From contig OZ024745.1 of the NCBI GenBank assembly GCA_964016885.1, positions 38,812,001-38,876,000 on the forward strand: a DNA stretch of 64,000 bases, read 5' to 3'. The notes under the pieces were generated by a model that was given only the letters and a program-made list of their open reading frames with translations, was not told the origin of the DNA and did not search any database. Of this stretch, positions 12,050 to 27,304 are shown one piece after another; within the stretch, counting starts at the first letter, position 1, and each line of letters begins with the position of its first letter. The translations under genes were made by a program, and so were the position numbers. This stretch comes from Eledone cirrhosa. Lineage: Eukaryota.

Positions 12050-14725
12050 AAAATCAACGGGGGTGATGAAATCACCGGTGGTTATGTAACCATACATTCA
12101 CCAATCCTCGATATGAGTGTTAAATGTCGAACCTAAACAGTTCGAATAACGGTGAAGTGGAGGCTGGAATGTCATGTGACAGACTCTCGCCCAGCAGGTG
12201 CTCCCTGGCTCAGCAGCAGGGAACTGGCTGTCAACCAAATACTGCTGGTGTCGGAGGGAGAAGAAGAAGGAAAGGGACCAGAACCAACTGGACGAAAGAA
12301 TTGAATAGAACTGTTATGCAATGTTACCTGAAGAGTAATCCCAAGGAGAAAGGCTATGGGATACGGATGCATAACATCTGGAACGAGATTGGTGTATTTA
12401 AATTAGATGAACAAAAATTGACCGGGCAGGCTAGGGTAATAAGAAATAATGGGTGGATAAGCGAGCAGAGAAATTAGGTTGGAAATGGAGAGTGGACTAG
12501 GCCAGGCAAACGAGCCAGTGGGAAATGAATGTGAAGAGGTTCCGAGAACGGAGGAACCATCCGAAGCAGACAATGATCTGAATGCTGAAATAAATAATAC
12601 CTGGAACAGAGATACGGCCATTGACGAGATGAATTCTGACGGGCTAGGATAAGATTTGGTTGATATCCTAAACTTAGTGGTAGATGATAGTGGGAAACCT
12701 ATGAACCTAAGATTTGTAGACAGGAAAAAGTTAAAAGAAAAAAAAGCTATAAACAGAAACAACATCAGTATAGACAGAACCGCATGTTTGACAATAACCA
12801 GAAGATGCTGTTTGGACAGCTTGAAGCAAAAGAAAGAGGCAACGACTTGATCCCTGAGGCGGAACAAACTAAGACATTCTGGAGAGGAATATGGCAGCGG
12901 ATGTTAAACATAATGACCAGGCAGTGTGGATTGAGACAGAACAAAAGGAGATACGTGAACAGGCACACCAACAAACTGATTTGAGTATCACAGTTGAAAA
13001 TCTTAAGCGGCAGGCCAAAATACTAACCAACTGGAAATCAGCAGGCCTAGATGGTGTGCAAGGGTATTGGATTACAAATATAACATCCCTCCACCTGAAA
13101 CTGACAACCATGTTCAATGACTGCTTGATGTCAGGTGAGGTACCAGAGTGGTTGACAAAAGGTGCAACAGTTCTGGTAATGAAAGACCGAATCAAGGGTA
13201 ATGATGTTACCAACTATAGACCTATCACATGTCTGTCTGTATTGTGGAAACTGTTGACAAGCATTATGTCTGAGGAAATATACCATCACCTCCACACAAA
13301 CAACTTGTTACCGGACGAACAGAAAGGTTGCCGAAAGAAGTCCCGTGGTACAAAGGACCAGTTACTTAGACCAGATAATAATTGTAATGAGGAATTGCAA
13401 GAAGAGATGCACTGATCTTGCCATGGGATGGATAGACTACAAAAAGGCATTTGACATGGTGCCTCATTCTTGGATCACCAAAAGCCTAGAGATCTTCAAG
13501 GTGGCAGATAACATCACACAGTTGTTGGGCAAAAGTATGAAGTCATGGAAAACAGAGTTAACATCAGCTGGAGAATCCTTGGGAGGCGTGAAGATCAATA
13601 GAGGTATCTTCCAGGGAGATAGTCTGTCCCCTCTGTTGTTCGTCCTTGCTCTGATGCCCCTGACCATTATACTGCGAAAAATGAGACCAGGATACAAGTT
13701 GGGAAAGGGAGAGCTTACCATCAATCACCTCCTCTTCATGGACGATCTTAAGCTCTTCGGGAAGAGTCAGAAGGAGTTGGATGTGCTTGTTGACACTGTC
13801 CGTATTTCCAGCAATGATATATGTATGTTTGGTAATAGTAAGTGTGGAGTCCTTGTGATGAAGAGGGGTAAATTGAGCAGAAGCAACGGAATCCAGGTAC
13901 CAACAGGTGTGATGATAAAGGAAATTGACTCTGAAGAAGGATACAAGTATTTGGGTGTTCTGGAGGCTGATGACATCATGAACAAAAAAATGAAGGAATT
14001 GATAAGATCTGAATACATTCGGAGAATAAGGAACGTATTAAAGTCACATCTGAACAGTAGGAATGCCATAAGTGCAGTAAATTCCCGAGCTGTGTCTATT
14101 ATTAGGTACAGTGCGGGAATTCTGAGATGGAATGTTGCTGAACAAAAAGAAATGGATAGGAAGACTAGGCAGCTATTGACTATGTACAATATGTTCCACA
14201 AGAGGAGTGATGTCGATAGAGTCTACTTAAGGAGATATGAGGGTGGAAGAGGTCTTATCAGCATAGAGGACTGTGTTCAGATGTAGAAAAACAACCTTCA
14301 CAAATACGTGACTGATAGTAAGGAGACAATGCTCAGAATTGTACTGAAGGAGAGGACAATAGACGAGGGGATGTCCAAGGAGGAAATAACAACAAGGAGA
14401 AAGAGCAGCCTTCATGAAAAATCCCTTCATAGTACCTTCTTTGAGAAAACTGAATTCAGAGATCCACAGACATGGAACTGGTTGAAAAGAGGAGACCTTA
14501 AAAGGCTACAGAATGCTAATGGCTGCGCAAGAGCAAGCCCTCAAAACGAAGTGGTTGAAACACCATATTTACAAGGAAGAGGCTAGCCCACTGTGCAGGA
14601 TCTGTGGATGAGAGAGGAGAATCTGGCTCACATTGTATCCGAGTGTAAACACCTAGCCCAGACTCACTATAAAGGCTGCAGACATGATGTGATGGGCAGG
14701 GTGATCCACTGGCAACATTCTGAAA
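12050..14725 (+). mobile_element. R4/Dong-clade non-LTR retrotransposon (RT + CCHC/RLE), internally deleted, 3'-truncated
   Basis: NYRPITCL, WIDYKKAFD, IFQGDSLSPLLF, NHLLFMDDLKLF, YKYLGV, GGRGL, then CRICG...HIVSECKHLAQTHYKGCRHD (zinc knuckle + RHD typical of RLE elements); stops and frameshifts. Confidence 0.85.
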
Positions 14726-14828
14726 TGACGATTACCGATCGTACATTGAGCTGATAGATCGAGAAACGCGCGGAACATGTGAATATATACAATGCTGCCA
14801 TGTTGGTAATGTGTTCCTACTCCTTATA

Positions 14829-14866
<38 letters not shown>

Positions 14867-14974
14867 TATTATGTTTATTTATTCATAATACCTCATAATA
14901 GCTTAATATACGGAGCAGGAACGCATATAAAATACCCTTCTCATAAACACACACACACACATACGCCCCTCCCC

Positions 14975-15061
<87 letters not shown>

Positions 15062-15794
15062 TTATGTCTACAGATGCATATATGCTGGATATGTAATGAG
15101 AATTGTACGCACACCCTTACATACTAAGGTTTCTGTTTTCCGTTTGATGTATACAAGACTTCTATGATGAACATGAAATTTCGGTGCGTAAAATCTATTG
15201 GACATATCAAAACTCCATACACGTCGCTATTCCTATTCATAGTGTATTTACACCAATACTTTTTTGTACTTGGAAGTAATAATAATTCAGAATACACATC
15301 TAAGCAAAAGTAATTCTTAACGCAAAGCTTGATGTAATCACAACAGCAAATCTCTGTCTGAATTTAATATTAACACTCCTGCTTCATATTCATTGACGCA
15401 TATCACATTTGATTCGATTTTCAACTTCTAGATGTAGAGGCCGTGCATTGTACGTATTCATATTCTATACCATTCACCTTTCTACATCATATCGTCGTAA
15501 GTATATTAACTGAACATGGTTTTCATTTTGTTTGTTGCCACCATGAGAGATGATAAGCTTGTAAGCGGATGTGGTTCATTATTCGGTTACTCTGATCATG
15601 AATAGCGTTTCTAACAAAATCAATTGGAACAAATGTACCAAAAATAGCGGAACATATTTCTGGTCTTATTAATTAATCTGTACACGAAGTCGTTAGAAAT
15701 AAATTTTTCGATAATAAAACATATTTTCTCCCTGTCTTCGGTGTTTATAAACACTCATTGTTGGTCACCTTACTAATGCATGGTACATACATGC

Positions 15795-16290
<496 letters not shown>

Positions 16291-16722
16291 GTGATTCAGT
16301 GTGTATCTGTACATATAGAAATATTGCTGTTTACCTACGCGTTTGCCATGATGAAAACAGTTCCGTGTAAAAGGACGTTCTTGAAAATTGAGCGGGTTAC
16401 TTTCACATGCTACATGGATGCAAATGTTCAAATTAATCGTAATTCTACAAGCCAGCCCTATATCTGGATGAAACTTGATACGTTCGATTACGAGCCCAAG
16501 CTGTCCAAGCCACAGTCGCTTTCTGATAGATTTGACTTAGAACCCGTAGCAGTGAAGAGATTCGTCGTTTCAGGTGCCCGGACCACACACCTGAGCACTG
16601 ATATCGGAGACTAATTTGTTGCCCGCAGGGCGAACTCCGAGAGGTGGGTTCGAATGTCAAAGATATACTAACATACTAAACCACATGCACAGTAATTAAT
16701 TAAAAATTCACTTTAGAAAACT

Positions 16723-16836
16723 TTCTTCTTCTTCTTCTTCTTCTTCTTCTTCTTCTTCTTCTTCTTCTTCTTCTTCTTCTTCTTCTTCTTCTTCTTCTTC
16801 TTCTTCTTCTTCTTCTTCTTCTTCTTCTTCTTCTTC
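16723..16836. repeat. (TTC)n microsatellite
   Basis: Perfect trinucleotide run. Confidence 0.95.
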
Positions 16837-17115
16837 CATATCATCATCGTCGTTCATTTTGGCTATATTATAATATTTTGTGGCTACACCGACTGCATTC
16901 GTATTGATTGAGACGATCGGGCTTATTGTTTCTCTAGGACATAAAGACTAAATCTGCATTTATTTTGCAAACAACCTTCTCCAAATGGTATACATGCCAG
17001 ACCATGAAATATCCTCTGCAGAAAAAATAACAAATCAAAAAAAAGCAGAGCTGTACAGAGTGGAATATCCACAGATAGTTGTCAGGTTAAACTGGATCAG
17101 AATATCACTAAAACA

Positions 17116-17183
<68 letters not shown>
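17116..17183. repeat. (CTA)n microsatellite
   Basis: Perfect trinucleotide run. Confidence 0.95.
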
Positions 17184-17219
17184 GGTTTCGGCTCACGTGT
17201 TAGAACAACCCCTTTTCAA

Positions 17220-17309
<90 letters not shown>

Positions 17310-17510
17310 CTTCTACGGGACTAGAATTGTTTCATTCGAATGAAATTATCAATACTAGATAAAAACCACTCTTCAGGCGGTTTTCTGCTAGCATGAGTTG
17401 TATGCATATTGGTATTATACGCAAATATATAGGCATATAGATATATGTAAATTGAAAAGTACATTGACAATATTTTCTTCTTCACCCACTTATAAGTGTT
17501 GGCAGGAATA

Positions 17511-17730
17511 TTAGAGTTGGCAGGAATACCAGTAGATAGCGAGCTTTACACCTCCTTCTCTTCTTCTGATTGCTGAATGCCGAGGCTGGGGCATTACTGC
17601 ACGAATTTTTGCAATTCTTTCACTTAATTCAGCCTCCTGTATTCCATCACTGATGAACACGGCTCCATGGTACTTGAATTTATCTAACTGCTTCAGTAGA
17701 ACTCTATTCACATGTATACACATTTGAGGG
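17511..17730 (-). mobile_element. RTE-clade LINE RT fragment
   Basis: HVNRVLLKQLDKFKYHGAVFISDGIQEAELSERIAK resembles the RTE 'F.YLG....DG....EI..RI.KA' block; homologous to 40620-40920. Confidence 0.65.
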
Positions 17731-18834
17731 TCTTCTCTCCACCCGTCCATCATACAATGTGTATGTGTGTTTGTGTGAATGCATGTGTGTGCAAAGGAAG
17801 GTGAAGGATACACACACATATGTTTCTAACTTAAGACAATGACACAGACACACGTGACTCTGATTTAAGAACGCCGACAAACTCACGCGCGCACATACAC
17901 ACACTGTCCTATTACAACTCAAAAGCTTTGGGCCGGGAAAACATCCCCTCAATTTTGTAACCGTCTGGGCTGTCCTCAATTGATGGGAAAAGACTTGACG
18001 GTCTTACTCTGTGCTCCTGGTGAAGAGACAGGTGCCTTACCTAGCACGTCCCAGTTAATGACTCTTGCTTCTTCCCACATCGTGGATGCTGCGGTAAGGC
18101 GAGAGCTACAGCATCCGCAACTGAACGGAACAAAATCCTAAAATACCGTGATGTTATCCATCATATGTGGTCTTAGATGTGTGTAATACGTGACTGTGTA
18201 TTTTTCTCTTTCTTTTTTTCCTTTCACTTTCCTTTGTATATATTATATTTGTTTGTGTTTTCGTTCTGTAACCATTATAATAATTTGTTATGAGTTTAAA
18301 ACAAAAAGAGTTAGTCTGTGCCGTTAACAAATACATATAAGGTTATACTTGTTTTACGCTGCCATTTCCAACTCATCGAACGTAATCATGACTGTATGTG
18401 TGTATGTGTGTAGACGTATATGTGTTAATGTATGTATGTGTGTGTGTGTGAAATATAAGTGTGAAAGTATGTGTATTTGTGTGAATGTATGTGCGTGAGC
18501 GTGTATTTTTATAAGTATGCGTTTGCGCGATTATAGTTATATACTCCTAATAGTTATATACTCATACATACAGATGCATGTATGTGCACATACAGATAGA
18601 TACACGTCAGCGTGTATAAAATCATAATCACTCTATCTGTATCTCTCTCAGCACACACTCTCTCTTTCTATATATATGGTAGTTGAATTGGTGATGGATA
18701 TACAGGAAGTGTAAACATTTGAAACTTTGAAAGGAAGTCAATTTTAAATAAGCAATACAATTGTTTATATTAATATTTATATTAAATTTAATTTAGTACA
18801 TACATTATGTAATATTCATTCATTATTTATTTAA

Positions 18835-18933
18835 AGTAACTTTGCCTTTCATCCTTCTGGGGTCGATAGAATAAAGTACCAGTAATGCATTGGGTAATTG
18901 CTGGCTTTGTGCCAAAAGTAGAAACAGTTATTT
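18835..18933 (+). mobile_element. 5'-truncated MetaSINE-type SINE
   Basis: ctttgcctttcatccttctggggtcgatagaataaagtaccag...tgtgccaaaagtagaaac. Confidence 0.75.
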
Positions 18934-19106
18934 ATTCAAAGTAATCCAACATCTTTTCTTACTCATAATAGTAGAACGTTGGACGTCTTCTGTTGTTCCA
19001 GTATACCTAAACACTATTTCGAAGCTATTTATAATTCAAAGCTTCATTCTGCTTCTCAAGTTGTCGCAATCATATTCTAGCTGCAAGTAGGAAATATATA
19101 TTCACA

Positions 19107-19742
19107 TCTATATATTAATTTGAACAATGTCAATATTCCGTGTGTCATAATTCTCAATTATCATTGGTTCATAGTTTCAAACGACTCCGCCCACCTCACC
19201 GACGCCAAACTTTAATTCATATGCATAATGGCAATGGGGGAGTGAGAGTGGAGAGTAATAAACAAAGAGTCTAAGTGAACGCTGTGTTGGATACACTATG
19301 TATATGTGTCAGTGTAGAGACATGTGTGTGGAAATAAGAGGGGAAGGAAAGCAATTAACTATTAACATGTGTGCGTGTCTTTGTACGTGTGTGTAAGTTT
19401 ATGTGTGTGTGCGTGCGTGCAGCGTTCCACAGAAAGTAAAAACTATCAACATGTGTGAGTGTGTGCGTATGTGTAAGTTTGCGTTCGTCTGCGCGTGTCC
19501 ATGTGTGTATGTGCGTGTACGTGCGGCGTTCCACAATCGCCACGCAGTTTATCTGTCTGTGTGCCTGTCTATCAGTATAACATACACAGTGTTGTGAAGG
19601 GAGTAAATAGGGACATGTTTTTACATAGACAGACATCTTTTATATTTATTATTGTGCCATTTTTTGACAATTGCTCGAAATGAATACTGATAATAAAAGC
19701 AATTCATCTGTTTACCCAGGCGAAGCTGGGTACGTTAGCTAG
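19107..19742 (+). mobile_element. Non-autonomous Helitron
   Basis: 5' A^TCTATATAT; 3' hairpin ACCCAG-gcgaag-CTGGGT (19714-19731) followed by CTAG^T (19739-19742); sits between A and T with no TSD. The 5' end is less certain. Confidence 0.65.
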
Positions 19743-21486
19743 TTGTATATATTCCAACAATAGAATAATCTGTAACATTTTTGTTTGTAATTCTGCTTCC
19801 TAAATATTTATTTTTAATAGTTTCCATGTATGAGATTTAGTGACAAGAATTGTCGTTGTGTATAACTTCTGAACATTTATTTTTTCAGTTGTCTTGCAAA
19901 ATCAAAATTCGTTTGTTTCTATAGTTTTCCCAGTTATATTACACTACTATTCCCAATATATCTTACTCTAAAATCTCTAATATATATATATTCGCTTTGC
20001 ACTGAAAAATATCAACGTATTTTATAATAGTAATTTTCAGTAATAGTTTTTCACTTCCCATGTACTCAAAGAAAAATGTTTCTTTAATCTCGAAATCTCT
20101 TTTATTCCATCCCATAGCATTTTTATAAACTATTTTATTTCATTTTGCCATCTTGCTGCTATCTGATAGTATGATTCTGGACAATTTTATCTATCTTTCT
20201 TTATTTTGTTGTGATAAGAGATTTTGTTTACTTCCTAAGTATTCTGTCTTTCAACAAAGTTACTGTTCCTCTGATCTCATTATTCCTTATTGTCGGAAAA
20301 TACAAAACTATCTACAGAGCACATTTGTCTCCATTTATTTTGGTGTGAAGTAGTTGTTTCATTTCTTTTGTATTCACTATCATTCTCTCACATATTCATA
20401 ATCTATGTCAAACCTTCCTTACATATTTTTGTAGAATTATATATGTAGCAAAAAGCAAATGTTTCGAGAATATAAATGATTTGGTTCGAGCAGAAGCCGC
20501 ATGTCCTCTTGACTATTCCTGACGCCCGGGTAAGATATTTAGCTTGGAATTCTGTTGACTGATACTAGTATGGAAACTTTGCCAGAAATGTCTTAACTTT
20601 GATAGAGAAATCCGTTAGTGAAATAAAGTGAGACAGGCATGTTTGTAGAAAGGTCGGTATATCGGAAGGAGTTCTTATATATTTATTCCACTATTTACTA
20701 CTTCATTACAAAAGAGTAGTAACTTTTGGCAATAGACTGAACTGGTATCCAGTGTAATAATGGACGAGCAGTGCGAAAAGAAAATATAAAATCACTGAAG
20801 TGGACGTTTGTCTTATGAGACAGACGACATTTTCTTAGATAAGCTCTTTAATGGTGAGGAGTATAAACTATTTAAGTTATCGCTTCCTAACCTCCTTTTG
20901 TGAATAAAAAAAATCTAAAACCTGTTGTGACTTGTTACGTCTATCAGTTGCATAGAGTCTGTTTATTCTAAAATTCTGGCAGGCAGCAGAATATGAAATA
21001 AGTAATTTCTGGCTTACATGATTAAATTTGTTTTAAAGTATTTCCTTTATTTTTCTCTTTGTCTACTCTTCTATCAATATTATTTTTCGTTATCATGGAC
21101 TAAATTATATTTTGCCTATATCCCACTGTAGCAGGTTACTTCTCGCTATTCTATTTTCTTCTTAAATAAACCCGACCCCTCTATGTCTGTGTTTTCCATA
21201 TGCATCATTCTTTGAATTTGAGTAAAAGAAATTCCAATTAGATAATGGATGTTGATAAAGTGACTGTGCTTCCCGATTCATATATACATGGTGGTTGGGA
21301 GGGTGATGACGAACATGGTCTTCACAAAGCCCATCATACCTCAAATCATATTGTTAAAATTCCCTACACTGTATTCACCGATAAGAATATTTCCAAAAAA
21401 TCGGAAACAACAAAGTTAGGAGGCACAGACTTGCACAAAAACGCAAACGTATGTATGTATATATATATATATTGTTCTTTTTCCAG

Positions 21487-21786
21487 TCTCCTTCTCAGCA
21501 GGAAGAGGAAAAACTTACCTCAACACTTAATTTTGAATCTTTAATCTTTGTGTTTTCAATTCTTATTAATTCTTTTTAATTGTAATACTCAACATTTGAT
21601 AAGATTAATTTTAATAATACGTCGAAACCGGTTATACTTTACATTTTTTATAAACATTATAAAACTCTTTTCTAAAAGAATTGTCCCTCATATTTCTGTT
21701 AATAATGTCACTTTGAAGAATCAGAGGAACGAAAAAAAAAGAAAAGCAGACCCTTGAATATATTTTACGTACTATATCCAATTTCA
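21487..21786 (+). repeat. Unclassified dispersed repeat; inverted copy at ~48478-48768
   Basis: Shared blocks such as cctcaacacttaattttgaatctttaat and taattgtaatactcaacattt occur as reverse complements at 48660-48735. Confidence 0.7.
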
Positions 21787-21787
21787 A

Positions 21788-21916
<129 letters not shown>

Positions 21917-22707
21917 CTCTCTCTCTCTCATATATATATAGGGCCACATATAAATAACCGACCCGAGAGAAGCGAGCCGAGGTGGCTGGTGTAAACAAAC
22001 GAGACAACAGCACACGCACACGCACACAGAGTGGTATTCGAACGATTGCTATTGTGTTTATAGCGCCCCCACCATCTAGCGACCAACAAGCGACCAGACA
22101 GATTACTACACTGCCAGTAACAAAGACTAAACATAGGTAGTACAATGGGTTGACAGCTAGCACCATACCACTCCCACAATAAAGAGGCACTGCCTCGACC
22201 TTTGCTTGACCGCACCTATTCTACGCGCACGTGCGCTCTACAGAATTTCTCAGTTACACGCAAACGGCGAACAACAGGGGCCACGTAACGTTCATCTCCG
22301 ACAGATCACAGGTGATGGGTGCGAAATCCGAAATATAGGGACAATTAAATCTACCCCAAGGTACCTCTATCTCGTGTTATTATTTGTATTGTTTACGCTC
22401 TTTCCTACGTTCTTCTACATACTATACATCTAATTCTACATATCCTCTTACATCTCTCTCTTCCCCATCGGATTCTGTTAACTGGAGTTTTACCCATCTG
22501 CATTGTACAGGCTTCCAAAACGCCTACATGTTATATATATATATATATATTGTTATACTTTGGGAGGGTCATGTTGCCAATAAGAAACACACGCACCAGT
22601 TGCTTTCACTTCAATTTAATTTATTATATATTTATAAATTTACAAATTTATAAATTTCTGGTTGGTTGGTTGGTTCCACATCCAGATAGTTGTTTATATA
22701 TATATAT

Positions 22708-22752
22708 AGTCATAGTTCTTTCGTCACACACTCTGTGACCTCTTCAGTGACT
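22708..22752 (-). ncRNA. Minimal type I hammerhead motif (PLE1 3' pLTR)
   Basis: Reverse complement of the motif at 27305-27349. Confidence 0.65.
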
Positions 22753-23060
22753 GGGGATTTCTTTCTTCGTTTCTGTGCCTTTCCTTTCTTCTATCCTACG
22801 CCATTTTGTTTGTGTGTGGGTTGCGTGCTCAGTTTGCGCATGCGCCACATCCGGGTGTCTGTGTGTGTTTGTGTTCATTTTTCTATTTTTCTATTTATAT
22901 TTTTTTTCTATTTGTTTGTTTATTTATTTATTTATTGTTGGTTGGTTGTTTGTTCTATGTGTGTGTGTGTTTTCATTTTGTCTTGTGTGTGTTTTCATTC
23001 TGTGTGTGTTTTCAATTGTAAGTTGTTTGTTCTATGTGTGTGTGTGTTTTCATTTTGTCC

Positions 23061-26000
23061 TTAATTGTAAGTTGTGATGTTGCTGTTCCACTCATATTTT
23101 CTATTTAATTTTGGTTTTAATTCTTTTATGCTTACTGCCTCTGTAATTTGCCTAAACATTGCGTCTTTCTTGTGTGTGGATTCTATTTTTAGTTCTATGT
23201 TATCTAATTTACCCCTGTGTTCTATCTTAGCATGTTGGTAGAGCACAGATGATTCTTTATTATCTTGGAGGTCTCGCCAGTGTTCATTTATTCGTTCCCC
23301 TATACTACGAGCTGTCTCACCTATGTACACTATATTTTTGTTTCTACATTGTCCTTCAGTACATCTTATGCTATATACTACATTTCTAGTCTTACAGTTA
23401 ATATGGGGGCTTATTTTACAGGTTATACATTTCTTATCTATACATGAGGGTCTTTGGAACGGGTATGTCTTGCTAATAAGTGTTTTTACGGAGGTACCAG
23501 GTCTTTCTACTATCTTAATATTGAGATTATGTTTCTTTAGGGCCCTTCTAAATTTGTAGGCTAGTTCGCCTCTAGGGGTTGTATTGATGAACATTACACT
23601 CTGGTATTTATTGCTATCATACCATGAGTTTATTCTATTGGCCTTGTTCTTAGTTCTTTCTATTCTATTCCAAAATTTGCTCCTATACAAGGGGCAGGTC
23701 CCATTTATGTCATTATTTACCATTTTTTCCCATTTGGTTCTGGCTCCTTTATACACTCTGATTTTATCTCTCTGATTGTAGCCAGAGAACTGCATACGGT
23801 GGATGAAGTGTTGTATGTGTCTCTCTAGTTCTTCGGGGTTGCACATGCGGGACACATTTCTCATCACCCGTACCAAATCCGCAATCAGTATGTTGATTTT
23901 GGTATGGTCCTAAATGGCCGAGTTTCGGTGGATCAGATGTTTGGAAGTCATGGGTTTGGCATAATGGGAATGGAGGATTTGTTTTTGGTTGTTAATTGTA
24001 TCTAACCAGAGCTCTGTGTCTAGTACAGGTAATCGATGGTTGGGGTGTCTACTTGGGTAGTCTATAGTAACTCTAATGCTCTGGTGGATGGAGTTTGCTA
24101 TTTGCTGGATGCTTTCCATTGTGTTTTTCTCTAGTTCCTGACTGTTCTTTAGTGGGGGTGTCTTAACTACGATGTTTATATCATCTACGTAGCGGGAGTA
24201 CATTATCAGGCTTAAGCTGTCTTCTAATTGTTCATTAAGTTTTTGTTTAAGTCTACTGTCCCACCATACCATGAATAAGTTAGCTATGTCGCCTGCAATG
24301 CTAACACCAATGGCTGCTCCTTCCTCTTGGGCATATGTTTTACCATTAAATTTGAACATATGTTCCTTAAGGGTTAATTTTATGCTGGCCCCTACCGCAT
24401 GTGCAATCATTTTCTTCAGTTCATCGTGGTTTTCGGGTGTCCGTATGGCTCTGGTCCAACCGTTCCATCTATCTGTGTGGGTTTTCTTGGCCATTGAGGT
24501 AATGGTAGGTGGTCTGCCTCTTGCTGGTCTAGTAGGGCACAGGTTGCTAAGGTCATAAGTGTCTAGGTAACTATTACTATGGGTAAGCTTATGTAGAAGT
24601 CCCAGCTCACTGGTATCAATCCCACGGAACTCAACCTTGCTCTCGCTGATCATTTCGACGCATTTCTCCACAGCAAAATCCACGTCAATAGATGGATACA
24701 GGGACACAACATCCATACTGCCTATTATGCAGTTTGTTAGGTCCCCAGATCGGTTACCCGCGCCGATTCTGCTGAGGAGGTCCTCCGTGCTGTCACACAC
24801 ATCTGGGGACATCTCAATGATGGGGCGTATGATCAGGGAGAGGAAGTAGGACAGTCTGTAGTTACTAGCAATGTTAGCCCCACAGACTGGCCGTGTTGGT
24901 GGTCCCGCGACAGGGTCCCAGCCCGTTTTATGGTCTTTTCGAAGCCCATACAACGCCGGCACGTCATTGTTCCAGGCCTGGAAGTTGTTGGCAGTCCTTT
25001 TGTTGGGCTGCATTATATTTGTCCACATCACCATATGGGCATTGAGGGTTTTTTCTCTATCCTCATGCTCCTGTGGTGTTACCTCTCTTGTGTTAGTGAT
25101 GTGGGGTTGCATTGCCTGGATGTAGTTTGGCAGGCTGTCAACCGACATTCTGCCAGACTTGTCTGTTGGAAAGCATGCTATCTCTCCATTACGCGAGCGC
25201 TGCATGAGCTTACGCAAGCCATTTGCAGATTCTTCTCCCAGTTGCTGGGCCTCTATTCTATTATGCTTCTTGCTATACTGTTCTATAATATTTCTAAGTT
25301 CGGATTTAGCTATACTAAATTGTGCTTCTGTTTGTTCATCGACCTGCGACGGCAACTGCGTGCGTTTGTTAAATGGCAAAGTCGTGGCGTGGACTCGTCG
25401 TAGGTCGAATGATTTATCGGAGGGATTATAAAACGGAGAGTTCCAGGCTGCTGCTTTATGTGTACTAGTGCTATTGTTATTGTTAGTTGTGTTGTTTCTA
25501 TTTCCACCAACAGCAGCAGCCTCAGCTTCATGGTTGTTTCTATGTCTCTCATAATTACTCCTGTCTCTTTCCACTGGCTCAATGTTGTTATCTACCCTAT
25601 TTTGTGTGTCTGTGTGTTCGTCTTGGTTATTCTCTTTGTCCTTAGTCTCCCATCTCCTTTTTCTTTTAATCCTATTACTTTCTCTTATTTCTCTGATTTC
25701 TGTGCTACTGTCATTACTTGTTTTCTGTGTCTGTGTGTTTGTTAAGATTGTGGTGGTGGTGAGAGGCATTGGATGCGTGTGTGTTGTTGTCGTTGATGTG
25801 TGTTGTTGTTGATGTGTGTTGTTGTTGTTTCCGTGTGTGTGTGTGTTATCGTTGTTGTGTGTGTTGTTATTGTTGTTTGTGTTTGCGTGTCTGTTGTTGT
25901 TGTATCTGGGTATGTTGCTATTGTTGTTGTTGTTGATGTGTGTGTTGTTGTTATTGTTGTCTCCGTGTGTGTTGTTATTGTTGTTTGTGTCTGCGTGTCT

Positions 26001-26189
26001 GTTGTATCTGGGTATGTTGCTATTGTTGTTGTTGTATCTGGGTATGTTGCTATTCTTGTTGTTATTGTTGTTTGTGTCTGTGTGTCTGTTGTTGTTGGGA
26101 TGTGTGTTGTATATGTGTGCGCGTATATTGTTGCTTTTGTTTTTGTTTTTGATGCTCCAGCGTAGTTTCGTAAATGATTTTTCTATTTC
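23061..26189 (-). pseudogene. PLE RT-GIY-YIG polyprotein, 5'-truncated, one in-frame TAG at 23910-23912
   Basis: ORFs 23910-25769 and 23061-23876 are in the same frame (HRNSAI*DHTKINILIADLVRV); motifs PTDKSGR, GSMDVVSLYPSI, YSRYVDD, NVVYSIRC...YIGETARSIGERINEH; the frame stays open upstream to the inversion junction (EIEKSFTKLRW). Confidence 0.9.
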
Positions 26190-27304
26190 TGATGAGAAAT
26201 GTGTCCCGCATGTGCAACCCCGAAGAACTAGAGAGACACATACAACACTTCATCCACCGTATACAGTTCTATGGCTACAATCAGAGAGATAGAATCAGAG
26301 TGTATAAAGGAGCCAGAACCAAATGGGAAAACATGGTAAATAATGACATAAATGGGACCTGCCCCTTGTATAGGAGCAAATTTTGGAATAGAATATAAAG
26401 AACTAAGAACAAGGCCAATAGAATAAACTCATGGTATGATAGCAATAAATACCAGAGTGTAATGTTCATCAATACAACCCCTAGAGGCGAACTAGCCTAC
26501 AAATTTAGAAGGGCCCTAAAGAAACATAATCTCAATATTAAGATAGTAGAAAGACCTGGTACCTCCGTAAAAACACTTATTAACAAGACATACCCGTTCC
26601 AAAGACCCTCATGTATAGATAAGAAATGTATAACCTGTAAAATAAGCCCCCATATTAACTGTAAAACTAGAAATGTAGTATATAGCATAAGATGTACTGA
26701 AGGACAATGTAGAAACAAAAATATAGTGTACATAGGTGAGACAGCTCGTAGTATAGGGGAACGAATAAATGAACACTGGCGAGACCTCCAAGATAATAAA
26801 GAATCATCTGTGCTCTACCAACATGCTAAGATAGAACACAGGGGGTAAATTAGAGAGCATAGAAATAAAAATAGAATCCACACACAAGAAAGACGCAATG
26901 TTTAGGCAAATTACAGAGGCAGTAAGCATAAAAGAATTAAAACCAAAATTAAATAGAAAATATGAGTGGAACAGCAACATCACAACTTACAATTAAGGAC
27001 AAAATGAAAACACACACACACATAGAACAAACAACTTACAATTGAAAACACACACAAAATGAAAACACACACAAGACAAAATGAAAACACACACACACAT
27101 AGAACAAACAACCAACCAACAATAAATAAATAAATAAACAAACAAATAGAAAAAAAATATAAATAGAAAAATAGAAAAATGAACACAAACACACACAAAC
27201 ACCCGGATGTGGCGCATGCGCAAACTGAGCACGCAACCCACACACAAACAAAATGGCGTAGGATAGAAGAAAGGAAAGGCACAGAAACGAAGAAAGAAAT
27301 CCCC

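Noticed and set aside
14745-14790. CTGATAGA...GAAACGCG hammerhead-like words
   Set aside because: No UH cleavage site and no stem I.
16500-16660. tRNA-like GGGTTCGAAT and a short 28S-like GACTTAGA stretch
   Set aside because: No cloverleaf, A box or extended rRNA similarity.
17180-17225. Minus-strand acac-TTGAAAA...gagcc-GAAA-ccg-TA
   Set aside because: Probably a decayed PLE hammerhead, but the core is mutated and stem I is lost to (CTA)n; not called.
23910-23912. In-frame stop in PLE1 as selenocysteine recoding (Naiad-like)
   Set aside because: The codon is TAG, not TGA, and the endonuclease is C-terminal; a simple nonsense mutation is more likely.
26186-26200. CTGATGAGAAA at the PLE1 inversion junction
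   Set aside because: Created by the junction of coding sequence; no stems.
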